Shown: in pieces, positions 27,882-39,800 of the stretch
Layout of the letters: the number at the start of each line of letters is the position of its first letter
Numbering within the stretch: the first letter of the stretch is position 1
DNA from: the human T2T-CHM13v2.0 reference genome, Homo sapiens
Length of the DNA stretch: 64,000 bases
NCBI RefSeq assembly: GCF_009914755.1
Contig: NC_060928.1
Strand: one strand, 5' to 3'
The notes under the pieces: generated by a model
The model's input: only the letters and a program-made list of their open reading frames with translations
What the model was told of the DNA's origin: nothing
Databases searched by the model: none
Position numbers and translations under genes: made by a program

Positions 27882-30800
27882 GGAAGAGGGAGGCGACATG
27901 CGAGTGCTGAGGAGGAACCCCGGACGCCACCATTTCACATGGAAAAGGCAGGCACCATGCGAGTGCTGGAGAGGAACCCCGGACGCCACCATTTCACATG
28001 GAAGAGGCAGGTGATATGCGAGTGCTGAGGAGGAACCCTGGACGCCACTATTTCACATGGAAGAGGCAGGCGACATGCGAGTGCTGGAGAGGAACCCCGG
28101 ACGCCACCATTTCACATGAAGAGGCAGGCGACATGCGAGTGCTGGAGAGGAACCATGGACGCCACCATTTCACATGGAAGAGGCAGGCGACATGCGAGTG
28201 CTGAGGAGGAACCCTGGACGCCACCATTTCACATGAAGAGGCAGGCGACATGGGAGTGCTGAGGAGGAACCCTGGACGCCACCATTTCACATGAAGAGGC
28301 AGGCGACATGCGAGTGCTGAGGAGGAACCCCGGACGCCACCATTTCACATGAAGAGGCAGGCGACATGCGAGTGCTGGAGAGGAACCCCGGACGCCACCA
28401 TTTCACATGGAAGAGGCAGGCGACATGCGAGTGCTAGAGAGGAACCCCGGACGCCACCATTTCACATGAAGAGGCAGGCGACATGCGAGTGCTGAGGAGG
28501 AACCCTGGACGCCACCATTTCACATGGAAGAGGCAGGCGACATGCGAGTGCTGGAGAGGAACCCCGGACGCCACCATTTCACATGGAAGAGGCAGGCGAC
28601 ATGCGAGTGCTGGAGAGGAACCCCGGACGCCACTATTTCACATGGAAGAGGCAGGCGACATACGAGTGCTGAGGAGGAACCCTTGACGCCACTATTTCAC
28701 ATGGAAGAGGCAGGCGACATGCGAGTGCTGGAGAGGAACCATGGACGCCACCATTTCACATGGAAGAGGCAGGCGACATGCGAGTGCTGGAGAGGAACCC
28801 CGGACGCCACCATTTCACATGAAGAGGCAGGCGACATGCGAGTGCTGAGGAGGAACCCTGGACGCCACCATTTCACAAGAAGAGGCAGGCGACATGCGAG
28901 TGCTGTGGAGGAACCCCGGACACCACCATTTCACATGAAGAGGCAGGCGACATACGAGTGCTGAGGAGGAACCCCGGACGCCACCATTTCACATGAAGAG
29001 GCAGGCGACATGCGAGTGCTGGAGAGGAACCCCGGACGCCACCATTTCACATGGAAGAGGCAGGCGACATGCGAGTGCTAGAGAGGAACCCCGGACGCCA
29101 CCATTTCACATGAAGAGGCAGGCGACATGCGAGTGCTGAGGAGGAACCCTGGACGCCACCATTTCACATGGAAGAGGCAGGCGACATGCGAGTGCTGGAG
29201 AGGAACCCCGGACGCCACCATTTCACATGGAAGAGGCAGGCGACATGCGACTGCTGGAGAGGAACCCCGGACGCCACTATTTCACATGGAAGAGGCAGGC
29301 GACATGCGAGTGCTGAGGAGGAACCCTGGACGCCACCATTTCACATGGAAGAGGCAGGCGACATGCGAGTGCTGGAGAGGAACCCTGGACGCAACCATTT
29401 CACATGGAAGAGGCAGGCGACATACGAGTGCTGAGGAGGAACCCTGGACGCCACTATTTCACATGGAAGAGGCAGGCGACATGCGAGTGCTGGAGAGGAA
29501 CCCCGGACGCCACCATTTCACATGAAGAGGCAGGCGACATGCGAGTGCTGAGGAGGAACCCTGGACGCCACCATTTCACATGGAAGAGGCAGGCGACATG
29601 AGAGTGCTGAGGAGGAACCCCGGACGCCACCATTTCACATGAAGAGGCAGGCGACATGCGAGCGCTGGAGAGGAACCCCGGACGCCACTATTTCACATGG
29701 AAGAGGCAGGCGACATGCGAGTGCTGGAGAGGAACCCCGGACGCCACCATTTCACATGAAGAGGCAGGCGACATGCAAGTGCTGGAGAGGAACCCCAGAT
29801 GCCACCATTTCACATGAAGAGGCAGGCGACATGCGAGTGCTGAGGAGGAACCCTGGACGCCACCATTTCACATGGAAGAGGCAGGAGACATGGGAGTGCT
29901 GAGGAGGAACCCTGGACGCCACCATTTCACATGAAGAGGCAGGCGACATGCGAGTGCTGAGGAGGAACCCTGGATGCCACCATTTCACATGGAAGAGGCA
30001 GGCGACATGCGAGTGCTGTGGAGGAACCCCAGACGCCACCATTTCACATGAAGAGGCAGGCGACATGCGAGTGCTGGAGAGGAACCCCGGACGCCACCAT
30101 TTCACATGGAAGAGGCAGGCGACATGCGAGTGCTGAGGAGGAACCCCGGACACCACCATTTCACATGAAGAGGCAGGCGACGTGCGAGTGCTGAGGAGGA
30201 ACCCTGGATGCCACCATTTCACATGGAAGAGGCAGGCGACATGCGAGTGCTGTGGAGGAACCCCGGACGCCACCATTTCACATGAAGAGGCAGGCGACAT
30301 GCGAGTGCTGGAGAGGAACCCCGGACGCCACCATTTCACATGGAAGAGGCAGGCGACATGCGAGTGCCGAGGAGGAACCCCGGACACCACCATTTCACAT
30401 GAAGAGGCAGGCGACATGCGAGTGCTGGAGAGGAACCCCGGACACCACCATTTCACATGAAGAGGCAGGCGACGTGCGAGTGCTGAGGAGGAACCCTGGA
30501 CGCCACCATTTCACCTGGAAGAGGCAGGCGACATGCGAGTGCTGGAGAGGAACCCCGGACGCCACCATTTCACATGGAAGAGGCAGGCGACATGTGAGTG
30601 CTGGAGAGGAACCCCGGACGCCACCATTTCACATGGAAGAGGCAGGCGACATGCGAGTGCTGGAGAGGAACCCCGGACGCCACCATTTCACATGAAGAGG
30701 CAGGCGACATGCGAGTGCTGAGGAGGAATCCTGGACGCCAAGATTTCACATGGAAGAGGCAGGCGACATGCGAGTGCTGGAGAGGAACCCGGGATGCCAC

Positions 30801-33800
30801 CATTTCACATGAAGAGGCAGGAGACATGCGAGTGCTGAGGAGGAACCCTGGACGCCACCATTTCACATGGAAGAGGCAGGCGACATGCGAGTGCTGAGGA
30901 GGAACCCCGGACGCCACCATTTCACATGAAGAGGCAGGCGACATGCGAGTGCCGGAGAGGAACCCCGGACGCCACCATTTCACATGGAAGAGGCAGGCGA
31001 CATGCGAGTGCTGAGGAGGAACCCTGGACGCCACTATTTCACATGGAAGAGGCAGGCGACATGCGAGTGCTGAGGAGGAACCCCGGACGCCACCATTTCA
31101 CATGAAGAGGCAGGCGACATGCGAGTGCTGGAGAGGAACCCCGGACGCCACCATTTCACATGGAAGAGGCAGGCGACATGCGAGTGCTGGAGAGGAACCC
31201 CGGACGCCACCATTTCACATGAAGAGGCAGGCGACATGGGAGTGCTGGAGAGGAACCCCAGACGCCACCATTTCACATGAAGAGGCAGGCGACATGCGAG
31301 TGCCGTGGAGGAACCCCGGACACCACCATTTCACATGAAGAGGCAGGCGACATGCGAGTGCTGAGGAGGAACCCCGGACGCCACCATTTCACATGAAGAG
31401 GCAGGCGACATGCGAGTGCTGGAGAGGAACCCCGGACGCCACCATTTCACATGGAAGAGGCAGGCGACATGCGAGTGCTAGAGAGGAACCCCGGACGCCA
31501 CCATTTCACATGAAGAGGCAGGCGACATGCGAGTGCTGAGGAGGAACCCTGGACGCCACCATTTCACATGGAAGAGGCAGGCGACATGCAAGTGCTGGAG
31601 AGGAACCCCGGACGCCACCATTACACATGGAAGAGGCAGGCGACATGCGAGTGCTGGAGAGGAACCCCGGACGCCACTATTTCACATGGAAGAGGCAGGC
31701 GACATGCGAGTGCTGAGGAGGAACCCTGGACGCCACCATTTCACATGGAAGAGGCAGGCGACATGCGAGTGCTGGAGAGGAACCCTGGACGCCACCATTT
31801 CACATGGAAGAGGCAGGAGACATACGAGTGCTGAGGAGGAACCCTGGACGCCACTATTTCACATGGAAGAGGCAGGCGACATGCGAGTGCTGGAGAGGAA
31901 CCCCGGACGCCACCATTTCACATGAAGAGGCAGGCGACATGCGAGTGCTGAGGAGGAACCCTGGACGCCACCATTTCACATGGAAGAGGCAGGCGACATG
32001 AGAGTGCTGAGGAGGAACCCCGGACGCCACCATTTCACATGAAGAGGCAGGCGACATGCGAGTGCTGGAGAGGAACCCCGGACGCCACTATTTCACATGG
32101 AAGAGGCAGGCGACATGCGAGTGCTGGAGAGGAACCCCGGACGCCACCATTTCACATGAAGAGGCAGGCGACATGCAAGTGCTGGAGAGGAACCCCAGAC
32201 GCCACCATTTCACATGAAGAGGCAGGCGACATGCGAGTGCTGAGGAGGAACCCTGGACGCCACCATTTCACATGGAAGAGGCAGGAGACATGGGAGTGCT
32301 GAGGAGGAACCCTGGACGCCACCATTTCACATGAAGAGGCAGGCGACATGCGAGTGCTGAGGAGGAACCCTGGATGCCACCATTTCACATGGAAGAGGCA
32401 GGCGACATGCGAGTGCTGTGGAGGAACCGCGGACGCCACCATTTCACATGAAGAGGCAGGCGACATGCGAGTGCTGGAGAGGAACCCCGGACGCCACCAT
32501 TTCACATGGAAGAGGCAGGCGACATGCGAGTGCTGAGGAGGAACCCCGGACACCACCATTTCACATGAAGAGGCAGGCGACATGCGAGTGCTGAGGAGGA
32601 ACCCCGGATGCCACCATTTCACATGGAAGAGGCAGGCGACATGCGAGTGCTGTGGAGGAACCCCGGACGCCACCATTTCACATGAAGAGGCAGGCGACAT
32701 GCGAGTGCTGGAGAGGAACCCCGGACGCCACCATTTCACATGGAAGAGGCAGGCGACATGCGAGTGCTGAGGAGGAACCCCGGACACCACCATTTCACAT
32801 GAAGAGGCAGGCGACATGCGAGTGCTGGAGAGGAACCCCGGACACCACCATTTCACATGAAGAGGCAGGCGACATGCGAGTGCTGAGGAGGAACCCTGGA
32901 CGCCACCATTTCACCTGGAAGAGGCAGGCGACATGCGAGTGCTGGAGAGGAACCCCGGACGCCACCATTTCACATCGAAGAGGCAGGCGACATGTGAGTG
33001 CTGGAGAGGAACCCCGGACGCCACCATTTCACATGGAAGAGGCAGGCGACATGCGAGTGCTGGAGAGGAACCCCGGACGCCACCATTTCACATGAAGAGG
33101 CAGGCGACATGCGAGTGCTGAGGAGGAACCCTGGACGCCACCATTTCACATGGAAGAGGCAGGCGACATGCGAGTGCTGGAGAGGAACCCCGGACGCCAC
33201 CATTTCACATGAAGAGGCAGGCGACATGCGAGTGCTGAGGAGGAATCCTGGACGCCAACATTTCACATGGAAGAGGCAGGCGACATGCGAGTGCTGGAGA
33301 GGAACCCGGGATGCCACCATTTCACATGAAGAGGCAGGCGACATGCGAGTGCTGAGGAGGAACCCTGGACGCCACCATTTCACATGGAAGAGGCAGGCGA
33401 CATGTGAGTGCTGAGGAGGAACCCCGGACGCCACCATTTCACATGAAGAGGCAGGCGACATGCGAGTGCCGGAGAGGAACCCCGGACGCCACCATTTCAC
33501 ATGGAAGAGGCAGGCGACATGCGAGTGCTGGAGAGGAACCCCGGACGCCACCATTTCACATGGAAGAGGCAGGCGACATGCGAGTGCTGAGGAGGAACCC
33601 TGGACGCCACTATTTCACATGGAAGAGGCAGGCGACATGCGAGTGCTGAGGAGGAACCCCGGATGCCACCATTTCACATGAAGAGGCAGGCGACATGCGA
33701 GTGCTGGAGAGGAACCCCGGACGCCACCATTTCACATGGAAGAGGCAGGCGACATGCGAGTGCTGGAGAGGAACCCCGGACGCCACCATTTCACATGAAG

Positions 33801-36800
33801 AGGCAGGCGACATGGGAGTGCTGGAGAGGAACCCCAGACGCCACCATTTCACATGAAGAGGCAGGCGACATGCGAGTGCTGAGGAGGAACCCCGGACGCC
33901 ACCATTTCACATGGAAGAGGCAGGCGACATGCGAGTGCTGGAGAGGAACCCCGGACGCCACCATTTCACATGAAGAGGCAGGCGACATGCGAGTGCTGAG
34001 GAGGAACCCTGGACGCCACCATTTCACATGAAGAGGCAGGCGACATGCGAGTGCTGGAGAGGAACCCCGGACGCCACCATTTCACATGAAGAGGCAGGCG
34101 ACATGCGAGTGCTGAGGAGGAACCCCGGACGCCACCATTTCACATGGAAGAGGCAGGCGACATGCGAGTGCTGAGGAGGAACCCCGGACGCCACCATTTC
34201 ACATGAAGAGGCAGGCGACATGCGAGTGCCGGAGAGGAACCCCGGACGCCACCATTTCACATGGAAGAGGCAGGCGACATGCGAGTGCTGAGGAGGAACC
34301 CCGGACGCCACCATTTCACATGAAGAGGCAGGCGACATGCGAGTGCCGGAGAGGAACCCCGGACGCCACCATTTCACATGGAAGAGGCAGGCGACATGCG
34401 AGTGCTGGAGAGGAACCCCGGACGCCACCATTTCACATGGAAGAGGCAGGCGACATGCGAGTGCTGAGGAGGAACCCTGGACGCCACTATTTCACATGGA
34501 AGAGGCAGGCGACATGCGAGTGCTGAGGAGGAACCCCGGACGCCACCATTTCACATGAAGAGGCAGGCGACATGCGAGTGCTGGAGAGGAACCCCGGACG
34601 CCACCATTTCACATGGAAGAGGCAGGCGACATGCGAGTGCTGGAGAGGAACCCCGGATGCCACCATTTCACATGAAGAGGCAGGCGACATGGGAGTGCTG
34701 GAGAGGAACCCCAGACGCCACCATTTCACATGAAGAGGCAGGCGACATGCGAGTGCTGAGGAGGAACCCCGGACGCCACCATTTCACATGGAAGAGGCAG
34801 GCGACATGCGAGTGCTGGAGAGGAACCCCGGACGCCACCATTTCACATGAAGAGGCAGGCGACATGCGAGTGCTGGAGAGGAACCCCGGACGCCACCATT
34901 TCACATGAAGAGGCAGGCGACATGCGAGTGCTGGAGAGGAACCCCGGACGCCACCATTTCACATGAAGAGGCAGGCGACATGCGAGTGCTGAGGAGGAAC
35001 CCTGGACGCCACCATTTCACATGGAAGAGGCAGGCGACATGCGAGTGCTGAGGAGGAACCCTGGACGCCACCATTTCACATGAAGAGGCAGGCGACATGC
35101 GAGTGCTGAGGAGGAACCCCGGACGCCACCATTTCACATGAAGAGGCAGGCGACATGCGAGTGCCGGAGAGGAACCCCGGACGCCACCATTTCACATGGA
35201 AGAGGCAGGCGACATGCGAGTGCTGGAGACGAACCCCGGACGCCACCATTTCACATGAAGAGGGAGGCGACATGCGAGTGCTGGAGAGGAACCCCGGACG
35301 CCACCATTTCACATGAAGAGGCAGGCGACATGCGAGTGCTGAGGAGGAACCCCGGACGCCACCATTTCACATGAAGAGGCAGGCGACATGCGAGTGCTGG
35401 AGAGGAACCCCAGACGCCACCATTTCACATGAAGAGGCAGGCGACATGCAAGTGCTGAGGAGGAACCCTGGACGCCACCATTTCACATGGAAGAGGCAGG
35501 CGACATGCGAGTGCTGAGGAGGAACCCTGGACGCCACCATTTCACATGAAGAGGCAGGCGACATGCGAGTGCTGAGGAGGAACCCTGGACGCCACCATTT
35601 CACATGAAGAGGCAGGCGACATGCGAGTGCTGAGGAGGAACCCTGGATGCCACCATTTCACATGAAGAGGCAGGCGACATGCGAGTGCTGGAGAGGAACC
35701 CCGGACGCCACCATTTCACATGAAGAGGCAGGCGACATGCGAGTGCTGAGGAGGAACCCCGGACGCCACCATTTCACATGGAAGAGGCAGGCGACATGCG
35801 AGTGCTGAGGAGGAACCCCGGACGCCACCATTTCACATGAAGAGGCAGGCGACATGCGAGTGCCGGAGAGGAACCCCGGACGCCACCATTTCACATGGAA
35901 GAGGCAGGCGACATGCGAGTGCTGGAGAGGAACCCCGGACGCCACCATTTCACATGGAAGAGGCAGGCGACATGCGAGTGCTGAGGAGGAACCCTGGACG
36001 CCACTATTTCACATGGAAGAGGCAGGCGACATGCGAGTGCTGAGGAGGAACCCCGGATGCCACCATTTCACATGAAGAGGCAGGCGACATGCGAGTGCTG
36101 GAGAGGAACCCCGGACGCCACCATTTCACATGGAAGAGGCAGGCGACATGCGAGTGCTGGAGAGGAACCCCGGATGCCACCATTTCACATGAAGAGGCAG
36201 GCGACATGGGAGTGCTGGAGAGGAACCCCAGACGCCACCATTTCACATGAAGAGGCAGGCGACATGCGAGTGCTGAGGAGGAACCCCGGACGCCACCATT
36301 TCACATGGAAGAGGCAGGCGACATGCGAGTGCTGGAGAGGAACCCCGGACGCCACCATTTCACATGAAGAGGCAGGCGACATGCGAGTGCTGGAGAGGAA
36401 CCCCGGACGCCACCATTTCACATGAAGAGGCAGGCGACATGCGAGTGCTGAGGAGGAACCCCGGACGCCACCATTTCACATGAAGAGGCAGGCGACATGC
36501 GAGTGCTGGAGAGGAACCCCAGACGCCACCATTTCACATGAAGAGGCAGGCGACATGCGAGTGCTGAGGAGGAACCCTGGACGCCACCATTTCACATGGA
36601 AGAGGCAGGCGACATGCGAGTGCTGAGGAGGAACCCTGGACGCCACCATTTCACATGAAGAGGCAGGCGACATGCGAGTGCTGAGGAGGAACCCTGGACG
36701 CCACCATTTCACATGAAGAGGCAGGCGACATGCGAGTGCTGAGGAGGAACCCTGGACACCACCATTTCACATGGAAGAGGCAGGCGACATGCGAGTGTTG

Positions 36801-39800
36801 TGGAGGAACCCCGGACGCCACCATTTCACATGAAGAGGCAGGCGACATGCGAGTGCTGAGGAGGAACCCCGGACGCCACCATTTCACATGAAGAGGCAGG
36901 CGACATGCGAGTGCTGGAGAGGAACCCCAGACGCCACCATTTCACATGGAAGAGGGAGGTGACATGCGAGTGCTGGAGAGGAACCCCGGACGCCACCATT
37001 TCACATGGAAGAGGCAGGCGACATGCGAGTGCTGAGGAGGAACCCTGGACGCCACCATTTCACATGGAAGAGGCAGGCGACATGCGAGTGCTGGAGAGGA
37101 ACCCCGGACGCCACCATTTCACATGGAAGAGGCAGGCGACATGCGAGTGCTGAGGAGGAACCCTTGACGCCACTATTTCACATGGAAGAGGCAGGCGACA
37201 TGCGAGTGCTGGAGAGGAACCCCGGACGCCACCATTTCACATGAAGAGGCAGGCGACATGCGAGTGCTGAGGAGGAACCCCGGACGCCACCATTTCACAT
37301 GAAGAGGCAGGCGACATGCGAGTGCTGGAGAGGAACCCCAGACGCCACCATTTCACATGAAGAGGCAGGCGACATGCGAGTGCTGAGGAGGAACCCTGGA
37401 CGCCACCATTTCACATGGAAGAGGCAGGCGACATGCGAGTGCTGAGGAGGAACCCCGGACGCCACCATTTCACATGAAGAGGCAGACGACATGCGAGTGC
37501 TGAGGAGGAACCCTGGACGCCACCATTTCACATGGAAGAGGCAGGCGACATGCGAGTGCTGGAGAGGAACCCCGGACGCCACCATTTCACATGGAAGAGG
37601 GAGGTGACATGCGAGTGCTGGAGAGGAACCCCGGACGCCACCATTTCACATGGAAGAGGCAGGCGACATGCGAGTGCTGAGGAGGAACCCTTGACGCCAC
37701 TATTTCACATGGAAGAGGCAGGCGACATGCGAGTGCTGGAGAGGAACCCCGGACGCCACCATTTCACATGAAGAGGCAGGCGACATGCGAGTGCTGAGGA
37801 GGAACCCTGGACGCCACTATTTCACATGGAAGAGTCAGGCGACATGCGAGTGCTGAGGAGGAACCCTGGACGCCACCATTTCACATGGAAGAGGCAGGCG
37901 ACATGCGAGTGCTGGAGAGGAACCCCGGACGCCACCATTTCACATGAAGAGGCAGGCGACATGCGAGTGCTGGAGAGGAACCCCGGACGCCACCATTTCA
38001 CATGAAGAGGCAGGCGACATGCGAGTGCTGGAGAGGAACCCCGGACGCCACCATTTCACATGAAGAGGCAGGCGACATGCGAGTGCTGAGGAGGAACCCT
38101 GGGCGCCACCATTTCACATGGAAGAGGCAGGCGACATGCGAGTGCTGGAGAGGAACCCCGGACGCCACCATTTCACATGAAGAGGCAGGCGACATGCGAG
38201 TGCTGAGGAGGAACCCCGGACGCCACCATTTCACATGGAAGAGGCAGGCGACATGGGAGTGCTGGAGAGGAACCCCGGACGCCACCATTTCACATGGAAG
38301 AGGCAGGCGACATGCGAGTGCTGGAGAGGAACCCCGGACGCCACCATTTCACATGGAAGAGGCAGGCGACATGCGAGTGCTGAGGAGGAACCCTGGACGC
38401 CACCATTTCACATGGAAGAGGCAGGCGACATACGAGTGCTGTGGAGGAACCCTGGACGCCACCATTTCACATGAAGAGGCAGGCAACATGCGAGTGCTGA
38501 GGAGGAACCCTGGACGCCACCATTTCTCATGGAAGAGGCAGGCGACATGCGAGTGCTGGAGAGGAACCCCGGACGCCACCATTTCACATGGAAGAGGCAG
38601 GCGACATGCGAGTGCTGAGGAGGAACCCTTGACGCCACTATTTCACATGGAAGAGGCAGGCGACATGCGAGTGCTGGAGAGGAACCCCGGACGCCACCAT
38701 TTCACATGAAGAGGCAGGCGACATGCGAGTGCTGAGGAGGAACCCCGGACGCCACCATTTCACATGAAGAGGCAGGCGACATGCGAGTGCTGGAGAGGAA
38801 CCCCAGACGCCACCATTTCACATGAAGAGGCAGGCGACATGGGAGTGCTGAGGAGGAACCCTGGACGCCACCATTTCACATGGAAGAGGCAGGCGACATG
38901 CGAGTGCTGAGGAGGAACCCTGGACGCCACCATTTCACATGAAGAGGCAGGCGACATGCGAGTGCTGAGGAGGAACACTGGACGCCACCATTTCACATGA
39001 AGAGGCAGGCGACATGCGAGTGCTGAGGAGGAACCCTGGACGCCACCATTTCACATGGAAGAGGCAGGCGACATGCGAGTGTTGTGGAGGAACCCTGGAC
39101 GCCACCATTTCACATGAAGAGGCAGGCGACATGCGAGTGCTGAGGAGGAGCCCCGGACCGCACCATTTCACATGAAGAGGCAGGCGACATGCGAGTGCTG
39201 AAGAGGAACTCCGGACGCCACCATTTCACATGGAAGAGGCAGGCGACATGCGAGTGCTGGAGAGGAACCCCGGACGCCACCATTTCACATGAAGAGGCAG
39301 GCGACATGCGAGTGCTGGAGAGGAACCCCGGACGCCACCATTTCACATGGAAGAGGCAGGCGACATGCGAGTGCTGGAGAGGAACCCCGGACGCCACCAT
39401 TTCACATGAAGAGGCAGGCGACATGCGAGTGCTGGAGAGGAACCCCGGATGCCACCATTTCACATGGAAGAGGCAGTCGACATGCGAGTGCTGGAGAGGA
39501 ACCCCGGACACCACCATTTCACATGAAGAGGCAGGCGACATGCGAGTGCTGAGGAGGAACCCTGGACGCCACCATTTCACATGGAAGAGGCAGGCGACAT
39601 GCGAGTGCTGGAGAGGAACCCCGGACGCCACCATTTCACATGGAAGAGGCAGGCGACATGCGAGTGCTGGAGAGGAACCCCGGAAGCCACCATTTCACAT
39701 GGAAGAGGCAGGCGACATGCGAGTGCTGAGGAGGAACCCTGGACGCCACCATTTCACATGGAAGAGGCAGGCGACATACGAGTGCTGTGGAGGAACCCCG

